Shown here: piece by piece, positions 50,642 through 59,729 of the stretch
How positions within the stretch are numbered: position 1 is the first letter of the stretch
Layout: each line of letters begins with the position of its first letter
DNA from: an uncultured Dehalococcoidia bacterium
GTDB lineage: Bacteria; Chloroflexota; Dehalococcoidia; Lucifugimonadales; UBA826
Direction of reading: 5' to 3'
Length of the DNA stretch: 62,917 nucleotides
NCBI GenBank assembly: GCA_964602845.1
Contig: CAZRSW010000011.1
Span: forward strand, 1-62,917
Notes under the pieces: model-generated
The model's database searches: none
What the model was told of the DNA's origin: nothing
What the model saw: only the letters and a program-made list of their open reading frames with translations
Program-made: the position numbers and the translations under genes

Positions 50642-51955
50642 TCAGAGTTTTACGACCTCACAGTCAAGAATTAACCCTTGAGTAGAATTCCTAGTATCAA
50701 TCAACAAGTCACAATGAGAGCCAATAAACTGTAGGTCGTAGGAATCATGATTAGACACTATTATCAAGGCATCACACGACTTCAATATTTGTTCGGACAG
50801 GACACAGGACTGTAGGGCAGGGTATCTATCTACCTTTATTTCGGGCACAAAAGGATCATGATATTTTACAACTCCTCCTCCGTCTAAAAACAACTCTAAT
50901 ATCTCTAATGCTGGAGATTCTCTAATATCGGCGACATTTGGTTTATAGGTAACCCCGAGAATCAGCACTGAAGAATTTCTTAGATTTTTTCCCTTGGAGT
51001 CTAAGGCTCTCTTAGTCTTGTTAACAACAAAAAGTGGCATGCTGGAGTTTATTTCTTCAGCTATTTTTATAAATTTAGCCTCGTAGTTTAACCACCTCAT
51101 TCTCCACGAAAGATAGCGAGGATCAACAGGAATACAGTGTCCCCCAAGGCCCGGCCCTGGATAAAAAGGCATAAACCCAAATGGCTTGGTTTTTGCTGCA
51201 TCAATGACTTCCCATACCGATACTTCCAGTCGTTCGCACATTATCGCCAACTCATTCGCCAAAGCAATATTGGTAGCCCTGAAAGTATTCTCCAGTAATT
51301 TGACCATTTCTGCAGTGGTTGTATCAGAAACAGTCACTACTGAGTCTACTATCTTGGAATACAGAAGCTCAGCCATTTCTCGACAGCCTTCAGTTACTCC
51401 TCCAACTACCTTCGGGGTGTTAGTCAACGTCCAATCTTCACGCCCCGGATCAATTCTTTCAGGAGAAAAAGCCACGAAAAATTCCGATCCAAGCCGATAC
51501 TTATCCATACGATCACCCAATAACGTTGGCAATAAGAGATCTTCTGTAGCTCCTGGGTAGGTTGTGCTCTCCAAGACCACCAACATATTAGAATGCGCAT
51601 ATTTAGCGATTTGATCGGCAGCCGATATGATAAAAGTCAAATCCGGCTCCCCGGTTTTACTAAGAGGCGTTGGGACACATATGATTACTACGTCGCTGCC
51701 CAAAAGCACCGAGAAGTCATCCGTAAAGTCCACAAGAATATCCTGCTCATTAATATTTTTTGTAACAGGTAAGCTTCCATTATTGTTGTCGATCCCTGAT
51801 CCTTTCGATTTTAAGAGCTTAATCTTTTCCACATCAGTATCGATACCAAACACTGGAAACCCGCGATCGGCAAACGAGATTGCTAGGGGCAGGCCTACGT
51901 AGCCTAAGCCAAGTACAGCAATTCTTGCTTTATTGCTTCCTATTTTGTCTCTCAA
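50642..51955 (-). CDS. wbpA: UDP-N-acetylhexosamine 6-dehydrogenase (WbpA/WbpO/WecC family)
   Basis: GLGYVGLPLA, CVPTP, ESTTYPG, FSPERIDPG, KLLENTFR, GPGLGGHCIPVDP, YKPNV.D.RESP. Confidence 0.85.
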   Translation of the reverse strand: MRDKIGSNKARIAVLGLGYVGLPLAISFADRGFPVFGIDTDVEKIKLLKSKGSGIDNNNGSLPVTKNINEQDILVDFTDDFSVLLGSDVVIICVPTPLSKTGEPDLTFIISAADQIAKYAHSNMLVVLESTTYPGATEDLLLPTLLGDRMDKYRLGSEFFVAFSPERIDPGREDWTLTNTPKVVGGVTEGCREMAELLYSKIVDSVVTVSDTTTAEMVKLLENTFRATNIALANELAIMCERLEVSVWEVIDAAKTKPFGFMPFYPGPGLGGHCIPVDPRYLSWRMRWLNYEAKFIKIAEEINSSMPLFVVNKTKRALDSKGKNLRNSSVLILGVTYKPNVADIRESPALEILELFLDGGGVVKYHDPFVPEIKVDRYPALQSCVLSEQILKSCDALIIVSNHDSYDLQFIGSHCDLLIDTRNSTQGLILDCEVVKL

Positions 51956-52139
51956 GATGTCACTATTTATAATTTAACTCCCTCTTAACTTTCATTTTGA
52001 TGGCAAGCTCCGCCGTTTCGGTCCAAACCGACAAATTTGAAACTATTTGAAGGCACACCTCCCGGAGCGCTGGCTTCAACGATCTGGTATGCCTTTATTG
52101 TCGAGACGTAATAACCAATCCTCCACAAAAACTGGTTAT
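51956..52139 (-). promoter_or_regulatory. Candidate structured RNA spacer between the NusG paralog and the first biosynthetic gene
   Basis: Four consecutive hairpins in the transcribed strand, at 52111-52139, 52047-52079, 52018-52031 and 52002-52014; folded by eye only. Confidence 0.35.
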
Positions 52140-52729
52140 ATATTTATATATCTACCCTTACCCCTTGTTCTCCTGATCTTTTTCTTATATCGAGATGGCA
52201 ACTGATTATAGCTATAGGTGCGATCAACGCTATCCCGAGGTACAGACGCTTTTATCAACCGACCCATAAACTCCAACATAACAACCACCATAGCATCGGG
52301 AGAGCGAGCATCTTCAATAACCTGCCCAATAGTATCAATCTTGTCGGTGATTATATTTACAAATTCTCCTGCCCTAAACTTGTTCCATGTCCCACCACTT
52401 AGATTCAATTCAAATACCCTTCGTTTCACAGACTCAATCACATCCTCGTGCACAGTGGCGGCAATACCCTCAAATCGCAACCATGAGTTAGCCCCCGGGA
52501 CCTTCAAAATATCAGACCACAGACGCTCTCCGACTCTCGCCATTACAAAGGCATAACCTGGAAATAATGGCATGGAGTTGATGGTGCCGGTTGGTTGGAT
52601 AACATTGACTCGAGGTAAAAAAACTTCACACCCCATTTTTTTCAGCGTTGTATCAAGCGCCCTATGACGACCTGATCTTATCTGAAGGACGTGCCAGCTC
52701 CGTTCATTGATTTCGGAATTTCCAATCAT
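52136..52729 (-). CDS. Specialised NusG-family antiterminator (RfaH/UpxY/LoaP-like paralog)
   Basis: NGN domain W.VLQ...FLP...PLFPGYAFV; KOW F.AGE.V.I...V.LEFMGR; basic C-terminal tail; start overlaps the upstream stop (TAATG). Confidence 0.88.
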   Translation of the reverse strand: MIGNSEINERSWHVLQIRSGRHRALDTTLKKMGCEVFLPRVNVIQPTGTINSMPLFPGYAFVMARVGERLWSDILKVPGANSWLRFEGIAATVHEDVIESVKRRVFELNLSGGTWNKFRAGEFVNIITDKIDTIGQVIEDARSPDAMVVVMLEFMGRLIKASVPRDSVDRTYSYNQLPSRYKKKIRRTRGKGRYINI

Positions 52730-53376
52730 TATTGTGCCCGATCACCTTCACTGAACAAATCCAATTGTTTGGGAAATCCCGATAGATAGTCATCTTCACT
52801 TAATAGATCTTCCCGGGAAATTATCTGTAAGGAATCCATCTCATTGGATCTGGCCACAACGATCCTATCAAAATCAGCAACTACAAGCTGGTTTGAAGGG
52901 CGTACTATCTCTCCCAACACCTTAATACCATTGGCTCCATCATCAAAAATGCGGATGTTGTCGACGCCAACATCCCTCAGGGCAAGATAAACCAGCTCAG
53001 CCAATTCCGAACTTCCCATAATTGCGACCCTGGAGTTAGTGCCAAGTTGAGCCTGATTGATCTCCGACCTGAGATGATTTCGTATATTACGGTAGTGTTC
53101 TAACGTTCTACCAATATATCTTTTAGTTAACTGAATCTTTCGGTTGAAACCGTCAGGGGTAAGACTATAAACCCAAGTTCTCCACCCAACCTTCGTTGCC
53201 TTCACATAACCCTTTTTAATCAGGTTTTTAGTCAAAAGGTTCGCAACTCCCAGCGCAACTCCCAATCGATCAGCCATATTCCTTTGGCTAATTTCAGGAT
53301 AATCTTCTATCTCTTCTAACAGCCTCAGTTCACGATAAAATGAACCTTCTAGGGAAGATCGATCATCTTTGCGCAT
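52729..53376 (-). CDS. Winged-helix (MarR-like, EPS-associated) transcriptional regulator with C-terminal Rossmann-like domain
   Basis: EL.LL..I...P.ISQR.MA..LGVALG.AN......KKGY.K......Y.LTP.G...K, then RVAIMGS.ELAELVYLAL. Confidence 0.88.
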   Translation of the reverse strand: MRKDDRSSLEGSFYRELRLLEEIEDYPEISQRNMADRLGVALGVANLLTKNLIKKGYVKATKVGWRTWVYSLTPDGFNRKIQLTKRYIGRTLEHYRNIRNHLRSEINQAQLGTNSRVAIMGSSELAELVYLALRDVGVDNIRIFDDGANGIKVLGEIVRPSNQLVVADFDRIVVARSNEMDSLQIISREDLLSEDDYLSGFPKQLDLFSEGDRAQ

Positions 53377-53407
53377 ACAACACCAATAATAATCCTAGTT
53401 CTATTTA

Positions 53408-53450
53408 TGTGTTCATATAATGAACACAGGTCATTGTTCACATAATGAAC
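53408..53450. promoter_or_regulatory. Tandem palindromic operator sites GTTCA-N5-TGAAC
   Basis: TGTGTTCAT-ATA-ATGAACACA (53408-53428) and GTTCA-CATAA-TGAAC (53436-53450), 25 bp apart; a further half-site TGTGTTCAT at 53485-53493. Confidence 0.7.
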
Positions 53451-53462
53451 GCATAAAGTCAA
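53433..53462 (-). promoter_or_regulatory. Possible sigma70-type promoter for the regulator operon
   Basis: Minus-strand TTGACT (53457-53462), 18 nt, then AACAAT (53433-53438); overlaps the second palindrome. Confidence 0.35.
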
Positions 53463-53557
53463 GGCATATTTAACTTCACATGCATGTGTTCATCCGTCCA
53501 GTTCATAGCAGGTTAGATATATAATCAATAAGATTAGAGATTTGGAGTTCTACATCC

Positions 53558-55594
53558 TTGACCTCAAACAGATCAGAAAATGAAAGTGTTGCGATTCTGG
53601 CATTTGCAGTCCGTGTGATTGTTTTTGCGGTATTACTGATGCCATTAGTAGTCACTACATCTACTTTTTTCCCCTTCGTCGTGGGCAAAGCAGTTTACGC
53701 AAGGGTACTAATCGAAATTGCGCTGATGTTTTGGGTCCCATTGATCCTCGTTTCCCCTCACTACAGGCCACGTTTCCACTGGATGTTCGTTGCCATTTCT
53801 TCTTACATATTTATCTCTCTGATCTCTGCGCTGTTGGGAGTAAGCTTTGAAGTAAGTTTCTGGTCCACATTTGAACGAATGCAGGGCATCAATGACCTGA
53901 TCCATTGGATGTTGTACATCATAATCCTTGTCAGTGTCTGTAAAACCATACAGAACTGGATAACCTTACTTACTCTTAATTTATTTGTGAGTATCCTAGT
54001 CTGCGCTATAGGTATAGGTCATTTTGTGGATGTAAATATTATTTCATCCTTGTTTCCATTTATCGTCGAAAACACACGGCTAGAGTCAACTCTAGGTAAC
54101 GCCACATATATTGGTGCTTTCTGCGGCACAAATCTTTTTCTCGGAGCGGGTTTAACAGCGTTATCATTACATGGAAGGGTAAATCCAACAGCCAGCAATA
54201 CTGTTTCTCGGTCTAGAAAACGTAGAAACCGAAGAAACAACAGTGTCAATAACGATTCCCAGAACGCTTGGTATAGAAACAATATCGCCTTTTTAAGAAT
54301 CTTCTGGGTTATAGCGTCCACAACAAATGGGCTTGGTCTCCTTATGAGTGGCACGAGAGGGGCAATACTGGGAATAACCATATCAACTATATTCGTCGCT
54401 GCTGTTTATCTCGTAAAAGGTGACAACAAAACTTTCAAGAGATTGAGTATAGTTCCTTTGGTTGGTCTGTTAGCTATCACAATTCTTCTGGTAATAGGGC
54501 AGGGTAACCCGACAGTTGAGAAATACAGAGACGAAATTCCTGTATTAGCCCGACTAACAAGTATCAGCCTTGATGATGCTTCTATTGTAAGTCGGCAACA
54601 GACTTGGGGCGCTGGGCTTAAAGCCTTCACCGACAAACCAATCTTCGGCTGGGGACCAGAAAATTTTATTGTTGCCTGGGGTCGATATTTCGACGAATCA
54701 TCCGGAGTAACAGAAAGATTTGATCAGGCACATAACAAAATAATCGAAGAACTCACTACGAGAGGGATTACTGGATTGCTGTCCTACCTAGCAATATGGG
54801 CTATTTTGGGGATAACAATATTTAGACAATTCGCCAACAGCAGGGGAGGGGAGCAAGGTTTCGTTATACTTATCGCTGGGGGACTATGCACCTATTTTGT
54901 ACAAAATCTTTTCCTATTTGATACTCCAACGTCATATTCTCAATTCGTCATAATGTTGGCTTTGGCAGTAAGTTTACCTACAATTCTATCAAAATCGGAA
55001 TCAGCACCCGCAAAAGAAAGTACCCCTAGGTTTAATGCCTCGAACGCCTACGTCCCAAATTTCACCGGTTTCGTAAAGAAAACACATCTTGCAATCATCG
55101 GGGTAGGTGTCGTAACGCCATTAATGTTATTTGCACTTTATTACCTGAACGTGCAGCCTTATAAGGCTGCACAGCACGTCTTAGAAGGTAAAATAGACGC
55201 CCAGTCAGGCCGATGGAATGAGGCTTTTCTCAATTTCGAAAGTGCCTTGGAAAACTCCCATGGGATGTCCAACCAACCTAGGTTTCAAATGCTAAAGGAA
55301 TTCATGCAAGGCTGGCTAAATATGACCAAGTCAGAAAAAGAAACGAGTATAGCCATCATGAAAAAAGAATCGGCTAGGGCAGTCGTATTAGAACCCGAAA
55401 ATTTCCGGGTTCATTATTTTCTCTCGAGATATTACATGGTAGCTGCAACCTTGCAACCAGATCTACTGAGTGAAGCAGAAACATATTTGTTGACTGCAGA
55501 ACTATTGGGACCACGCACCATTGAGTCTAGAGTTGGGAGAGAGATCTATGACAATTGGTACAAAATATTTGGAATCTCTGCATCTAGCCAGTAA
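53558..55594 (+). CDS. O-antigen ligase / O-oligosaccharyltransferase family (Wzy_C) membrane protein with C-terminal TPR-like region
   Basis: About 12 TM helices, R..STLGN, SGTRGA, SR..TW, P.FGWGPENF, FDQAHN...E; helical repeats at the C-terminus. Confidence 0.85.
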   Translation: MTSNRSENESVAILAFAVRVIVFAVLLMPLVVTTSTFFPFVVGKAVYARVLIEIALMFWVPLILVSPHYRPRFHWMFVAISSYIFISLISALLGVSFEVSFWSTFERMQGINDLIHWMLYIIILVSVCKTIQNWITLLTLNLFVSILVCAIGIGHFVDVNIISSLFPFIVENTRLESTLGNATYIGAFCGTNLFLGAGLTALSLHGRVNPTASNTVSRSRKRRNRRNNSVNNDSQNAWYRNNIAFLRIFWVIASTTNGLGLLMSGTRGAILGITISTIFVAAVYLVKGDNKTFKRLSIVPLVGLLAITILLVIGQGNPTVEKYRDEIPVLARLTSISLDDASIVSRQQTWGAGLKAFTDKPIFGWGPENFIVAWGRYFDESSGVTERFDQAHNKIIEELTTRGITGLLSYLAIWAILGITIFRQFANSRGGEQGFVILIAGGLCTYFVQNLFLFDTPTSYSQFVIMLALAVSLPTILSKSESAPAKESTPRFNASNAYVPNFTGFVKKTHLAIIGVGVVTPLMLFALYYLNVQPYKAAQHVLEGKIDAQSGRWNEAFLNFESALENSHGMSNQPRFQMLKEFMQGWLNMTKSEKETSIAIMKKESARAVVLEPENFRVHYFLSRYYMVAATLQPDLLSEAETYLLTAELLGPRTIESRVGREIYDNWYKIFGISASSQ

Positions 55595-55608
55595 CCGGAA
55601 AGTAAAAA

Positions 55609-56211
55609 TTATCCGTCCCTATTCTGCCATCTACCCCTTATGGTGAATAAAATGGATTTCAACAGAATTGAGATGTCCAGAAACGGGGACATATTTTTAA
55701 TATATAACCTGTCATAGCGAAGTTTAATCCTAGGTTCACTTGAATATCTACCAAATACTTGTGCGACCCCAGTCAAACCAGGTCGAACCTTTAGCCTATC
55801 ATGGAAGTTAGGTAGATCCGCCACGATCTTAGAAAAAAGTTCCGGCCTTTCCGGCCGAGGGCCCACAAGAGATAAATCCCCCCGCCACAAGTTAATCAAC
55901 TGAGGTAGCTCATCAAGAGCTCTAGCTCTCATCAGTCTACCAATAGGAGTTATTCTTGGGTCGTCCTCAGAGGCTAATACTGCGCCAGTTTCATTTTCCG
56001 CGCCCGGAACCATAGATCTGAACTTAAACAACTTGAACTCTTTCCCATCTTTTCCCAATCGACGTTGTACATAAAATACCGGTCCCCAATCATTAGTCCA
56101 AATCGCAACTGGCAAAATAATCCAAAGCAATAGTAACAGAGGCGCAAGAAATATATGACTTACCAAAAGTAGTGATAGATCAAAGGGACGCTTATAATAC
56201 TGTGACACCAT
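55609..56211 (-). CDS. Initiating phosphoglycosyl transferase (small PglC/WcaJ-type bacterial sugar transferase)
   Basis: KRPFD, GPVFY.Q.R.G, KFRSM, DPRIT.IG, LDELPQL.N, SLVGPRPE, RPGLTG.AQV. Confidence 0.93.
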   Translation of the reverse strand: MVSQYYKRPFDLSLLLVSHIFLAPLLLLLWIILPVAIWTNDWGPVFYVQRRLGKDGKEFKLFKFRSMVPGAENETGAVLASEDDPRITPIGRLMRARALDELPQLINLWRGDLSLVGPRPERPELFSKIVADLPNFHDRLKVRPGLTGVAQVFGRYSSEPRIKLRYDRLYIKNMSPFLDISILLKSILFTIRGRWQNRDG

Positions 56212-56252
56212 TATTATTGCACCTGACCAAAATTCATCTATCTGTTACCACA

Positions 56253-57251
56253 TCAACCGGTGATCCTTTTCGCCCAATCCCTATTGTTAACGTACCAATC
56301 GTATGTCTCCTTAATACCTTCTCTAATTGACACCTCAGGATTCCAGCCCAAGAGTTCCCTAGCTTTGCTGATATCTGCCCAAGTAGAGGGAACGTCTGAA
56401 GGATCCCTTTCGTGGACAGTAACAGAGGCGACTTGTCCCGCACATTCTTCAATCATACTAATAACGTCCAATACCGCTACAGGACTATCGCTACCCAAAT
56501 TTATTATATTAAATCCCTGTAATTCTAATGATTTCAAAACTCCTATAGCAGTGTCATCAATATATGTGAAATCTCTTTCCCCCCCATCACCAAATAGAGT
56601 CAAAGCCTCACCTTCAACAATAGCCCTTATAAACTTGAATATAGACATATCGGGTCTTCCTTGAGGACCATATACCGTAAAAAATCTAAGTATAGAGGCA
56701 TTGATACCGTACAAGTGATGATATGTGTGAGTTAAGACCTCAGCGGCCTTCTTGGAGGCAGCATATGGTGAGAGGGCAAAACTTGATTCACCCGTTTCTT
56801 TCACTGGCTGGGATTCATTCTTACCATAAACACTTGAAGTAGAAGCCAGGACATACTTTGGTATGTTTTTACGCCTAACAAATTCTAAAACATTCAACGT
56901 TCCAATGACATTGCTTTCAAGATACAAAGACGGGTTAATCACAGACTGCCTAACGCCAGCTCTGGCCGCGAGATGGACAGCGGCTGAAATTTCATTCGAC
57001 CCTATATGGTTATCCAGGCTATTGAGATCAGACAAATCCATTTGCTTGAAGGTAAAAGCATCATGAGCTAGGAGTGTGACCAGCCTATGCTTTTTAATCT
57101 CTATGCTATACGAGTCATTCATATTATCTATACCAATGACCTGGTCGCCCCTCTCAATAATCATGGAGGCAACTCTACTACCGATAAAACCTGCTACACC
57201 TGTTACTAAATATAATTCCATACCTCTCACTTTAAGAATTGACACGGCCAA
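56253..57251 (-). CDS. NAD-dependent epimerase, UDP-glucuronate 4-epimerase-like
   Basis: TGVAGFIG, HLAARAGVR.S, STSSVYG, SPYAASK, RFFTVYGP.GRPDM, RDFTYIDD. Probable start at MELYLV. Confidence 0.88.
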   Translation of the reverse strand: MAVSILKVRGMELYLVTGVAGFIGSRVASMIIERGDQVIGIDNMNDSYSIEIKKHRLVTLLAHDAFTFKQMDLSDLNSLDNHIGSNEISAAVHLAARAGVRQSVINPSLYLESNVIGTLNVLEFVRRKNIPKYVLASTSSVYGKNESQPVKETGESSFALSPYAASKKAAEVLTHTYHHLYGINASILRFFTVYGPQGRPDMSIFKFIRAIVEGEALTLFGDGGERDFTYIDDTAIGVLKSLELQGFNIINLGSDSPVAVLDVISMIEECAGQVASVTVHERDPSDVPSTWADISKARELLGWNPEVSIREGIKETYDWYVNNRDWAKRITG

Positions 57252-58554
57252 ATTCTGAGACTGATCTTCTAAAAACCGTTCCCCTAAAAGGATATATCAT
57301 CAAGAACTCGTTCAAGTACGTCCAAAAAGCCATCACACCATAACAACCCATTAACAAAACAATATGATCAACAGGAAATCGGAACCTGGGAATACCCCAA
57401 AATGGCAAAACCATTAGCGAGCTATAGACCAAAATTAGCAACATCGGCCACGCTCGCCCAAATTTCACACAAAAAAATCCCAATAACGCCATTATGAGTA
57501 CCGGGGTCCAAACTACAGACATCACGGCGTCATTGAAAGTCCAAAATGGATCATACGGATCCGGCCTTGACGTCCAAAAATTTCTGAAGCGATTCACTAC
57601 AGGCTTCGGTAAAAGAGTAGGATCTTCCACTATGGCATGTATAGCAATCGCTCGGCTGATAGCATCAATTTCTGAATCATTATTGGGATTCATTTTAGCA
57701 ACCTGTTTTAATAACTCCGGATCCTTAAAGTACTTCCCAGCTTGAACTTCCGGATGACGTAAATTGCCATTAGACATCAACAATAGGGCCCCGCCTTGGG
57801 TACTATGCGGTATGAACCTAGAATAAGTATCATAATTTTTCCAGACCCAAGGTGAGATGACAATAGCTAAAACTGTTAGGCTTGCTAGATATTTGAAGAG
57901 TTCACACCTCGGAACAAGGGAAATACGCTGTAATATTAAGTGGGCAATCAACATCACAAACGGTAGAAAGATAAAGACGGACCTGTTCAGTATCAATAGC
58001 CCACCTAGTGCTCCTAACAACAAACTATTGACAAGCGTAGGCCTACCAATAAATGCAAAAACAGCCCCCAAGTAGACCATCACCAATAAAGAGCTGATTG
58101 TCTCCGTAAGAATCCAACCACTGTACCATATTGAAGGCGGATAAATAGCCCAGATTAATGACACTCCAACGGCGATATATTTCGACCCAGAAATCGAAAG
58201 TGCCACCACCAACAGAACAGGTACTGATATAGCAGAAATTAAGATATTAGCAATCCTTCCGACAGATGGATCCTCGCCAAAGATTCGATAGAACAAAGCC
58301 AAAGTCAACCCGAGAAGAGGTGGGCGTTCACCGTTGTGCCTATCTTCCCAATTAGCAAAACCAATACCTTGACTGTGGTAGGCCCCCTCATCACCAGACA
58401 ATGGACGATTTATATCAAGCGCTATCTCAACAAACAAGAATCTAATCAATAGGGCAAACAGAAACAGTGCAATCCCTAGAACCAGTAGTTTTTTTATTCC
58501 GTAGTCGCGCAAGCTTACCTCCAAGGTACCTCCACAGGGTAACCACCCAAACAT
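57232..58554 (-). CDS. GT-C superfamily membrane glycosyltransferase (ArnT/PMT-like)
   Basis: GDE..Y in the first loop, RPPL, multiple TM helices, ILTE, PWVWKN, PRFRFP. Probable start TTG 58512 with SD GGAGG. Confidence 0.8.
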   Translation of the reverse strand: MFGWLPCGGTLEVSLRDYGIKKLLVLGIALFLFALLIRFLFVEIALDINRPLSGDEGAYHSQGIGFANWEDRHNGERPPLLGLTLALFYRIFGEDPSVGRIANILISAISVPVLLVVALSISGSKYIAVGVSLIWAIYPPSIWYSGWILTETISSLLVMVYLGAVFAFIGRPTLVNSLLLGALGGLLILNRSVFIFLPFVMLIAHLILQRISLVPRCELFKYLASLTVLAIVISPWVWKNYDTYSRFIPHSTQGGALLLMSNGNLRHPEVQAGKYFKDPELLKQVAKMNPNNDSEIDAISRAIAIHAIVEDPTLLPKPVVNRFRNFWTSRPDPYDPFWTFNDAVMSVVWTPVLIMALLGFFCVKFGRAWPMLLILVYSSLMVLPFWGIPRFRFPVDHIVLLMGCYGVMAFWTYLNEFLMIYPFRGTVFRRSVSEFGRVNS

Positions 58555-58835
58555 ATCATAAAACGGACGCTGGACAATTAAGTCACCAACATAGCAAAAA
58601 TACCACTACGTTGTAGTATTAACATGTTAAAGTGCATCCACCATTTCTATCGGATTCAAGAATCAGAGGAAATAATACTATTGGACAAGACCTTGTTCTA
58701 TGCGAACATATACGTGACCTAAGCACGTTTAACAATGAATAGCTGCGCTATGGGAACTAGTTAAACGTCGATGCTAGACTTTAAAGTTAAGAATTTACTA
58801 TTGGGCAACTTGGTGGGGTATTACCTAGGAACACT

Positions 58836-59729
58836 ATGGGCATTTTAATTACGGGCGCTACAGGATTCCTTGGCCACAACCTAACCAAAAAACTTATCCG
58901 ATCAGGGGAAGATGTACATATCCTACTCAGGCATTCCTCAGATTCATCAGAATTGTCAACATATCTCCAGCCCAATCAGATCCATAAAACAGACGGGGGA
59001 TTTAATTCTATAAACACCGCGGTGAGAATGGCTCGCCCCAAAGTAATATTTCACTTAGCTTCAAAATTCATCTCTGAACACACACACAACGATATCAACT
59101 CCTTAATAGATAGCAACATTACATTTCCTTGTATGCTACTAGAGTCTATGTCCCAAAACGCTGTCCATAATTTAGTGAATATAGGCACAGCCTGGCAACA
59201 CTATACGAATGAGGAGTACGATCCAGTATGCCTCTACGCTGCAACCAAGGATGGTTTCGAATCATTGATTGATTACTATGTAGCTGCAAATGATATAAAT
59301 GTCGTCACCTTGAAACTTTTTGACACCTACGGCCCCGGCGATACCCGACCAAAATTAATGAATTTATTGAGGACAGCAGCTGTGACGGGGGAGATAATCG
59401 AAATGTCAAAAGGAGATCAAGAAATCGATCTACTACACGTGGACGATGTAACAGACTCGTTCCTGAGAGCCTCAGAAATGCTGTTTTCAAACGATATTGA
59501 TAAGCATCAAATATACAAAGTGAATAGCGGCCAACCTTTGATTTTGAGAGACCTTGCCCGGATAATTGAAGAAGTAACTACACTATCCTTAAATATAGAC
59601 TGGGGTAAAAGGCCTTACAGACCAAGAGAGGTAATGAAAACCTGGCGAGGTGGAACTCCACTACCAGGATGGAAACCCAAGATAAGTCTAACCGAAGGCA
59701 TCAAAATGATCTTTCTAGACCATGTTTAA
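58836..59729 (+). CDS. NAD-dependent sugar 4-reductase/epimerase (CDP-abequose/paratose synthase-like)
   Basis: TGATGFLG, FHLAS, NIGT.WQ, LYAATK, LFDTYGP.D.R.KL, WG..PYR.RE.M. Confidence 0.8.
   Translation: MGILITGATGFLGHNLTKKLIRSGEDVHILLRHSSDSSELSTYLQPNQIHKTDGGFNSINTAVRMARPKVIFHLASKFISEHTHNDINSLIDSNITFPCMLLESMSQNAVHNLVNIGTAWQHYTNEEYDPVCLYAATKDGFESLIDYYVAANDINVVTLKLFDTYGPGDTRPKLMNLLRTAAVTGEIIEMSKGDQEIDLLHVDDVTDSFLRASEMLFSNDIDKHQIYKVNSGQPLILRDLARIIEEVTTLSLNIDWGKRPYRPREVMKTWRGGTPLPGWKPKISLTEGIKMIFLDHV

Noticed and set aside
53408-53506. LexA/SOS boxes (GTTC/GAAC half-sites)
   Set aside because: The arrangement is GTTC-N7-GAAC, which matches neither GAAC-N4-GTTC nor GTTC-N7-GTTC. The adjacent regulator is the simpler explanation.
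58600-58800. Short palindromes in the second divergent region (TTAACATGTTAA, TGTTC-N5-GAACA, ACTTTAAAGT)
   Set aside because: Single copies in AT-rich DNA, with spacing different from the 53.4-kb operator; could be chance.
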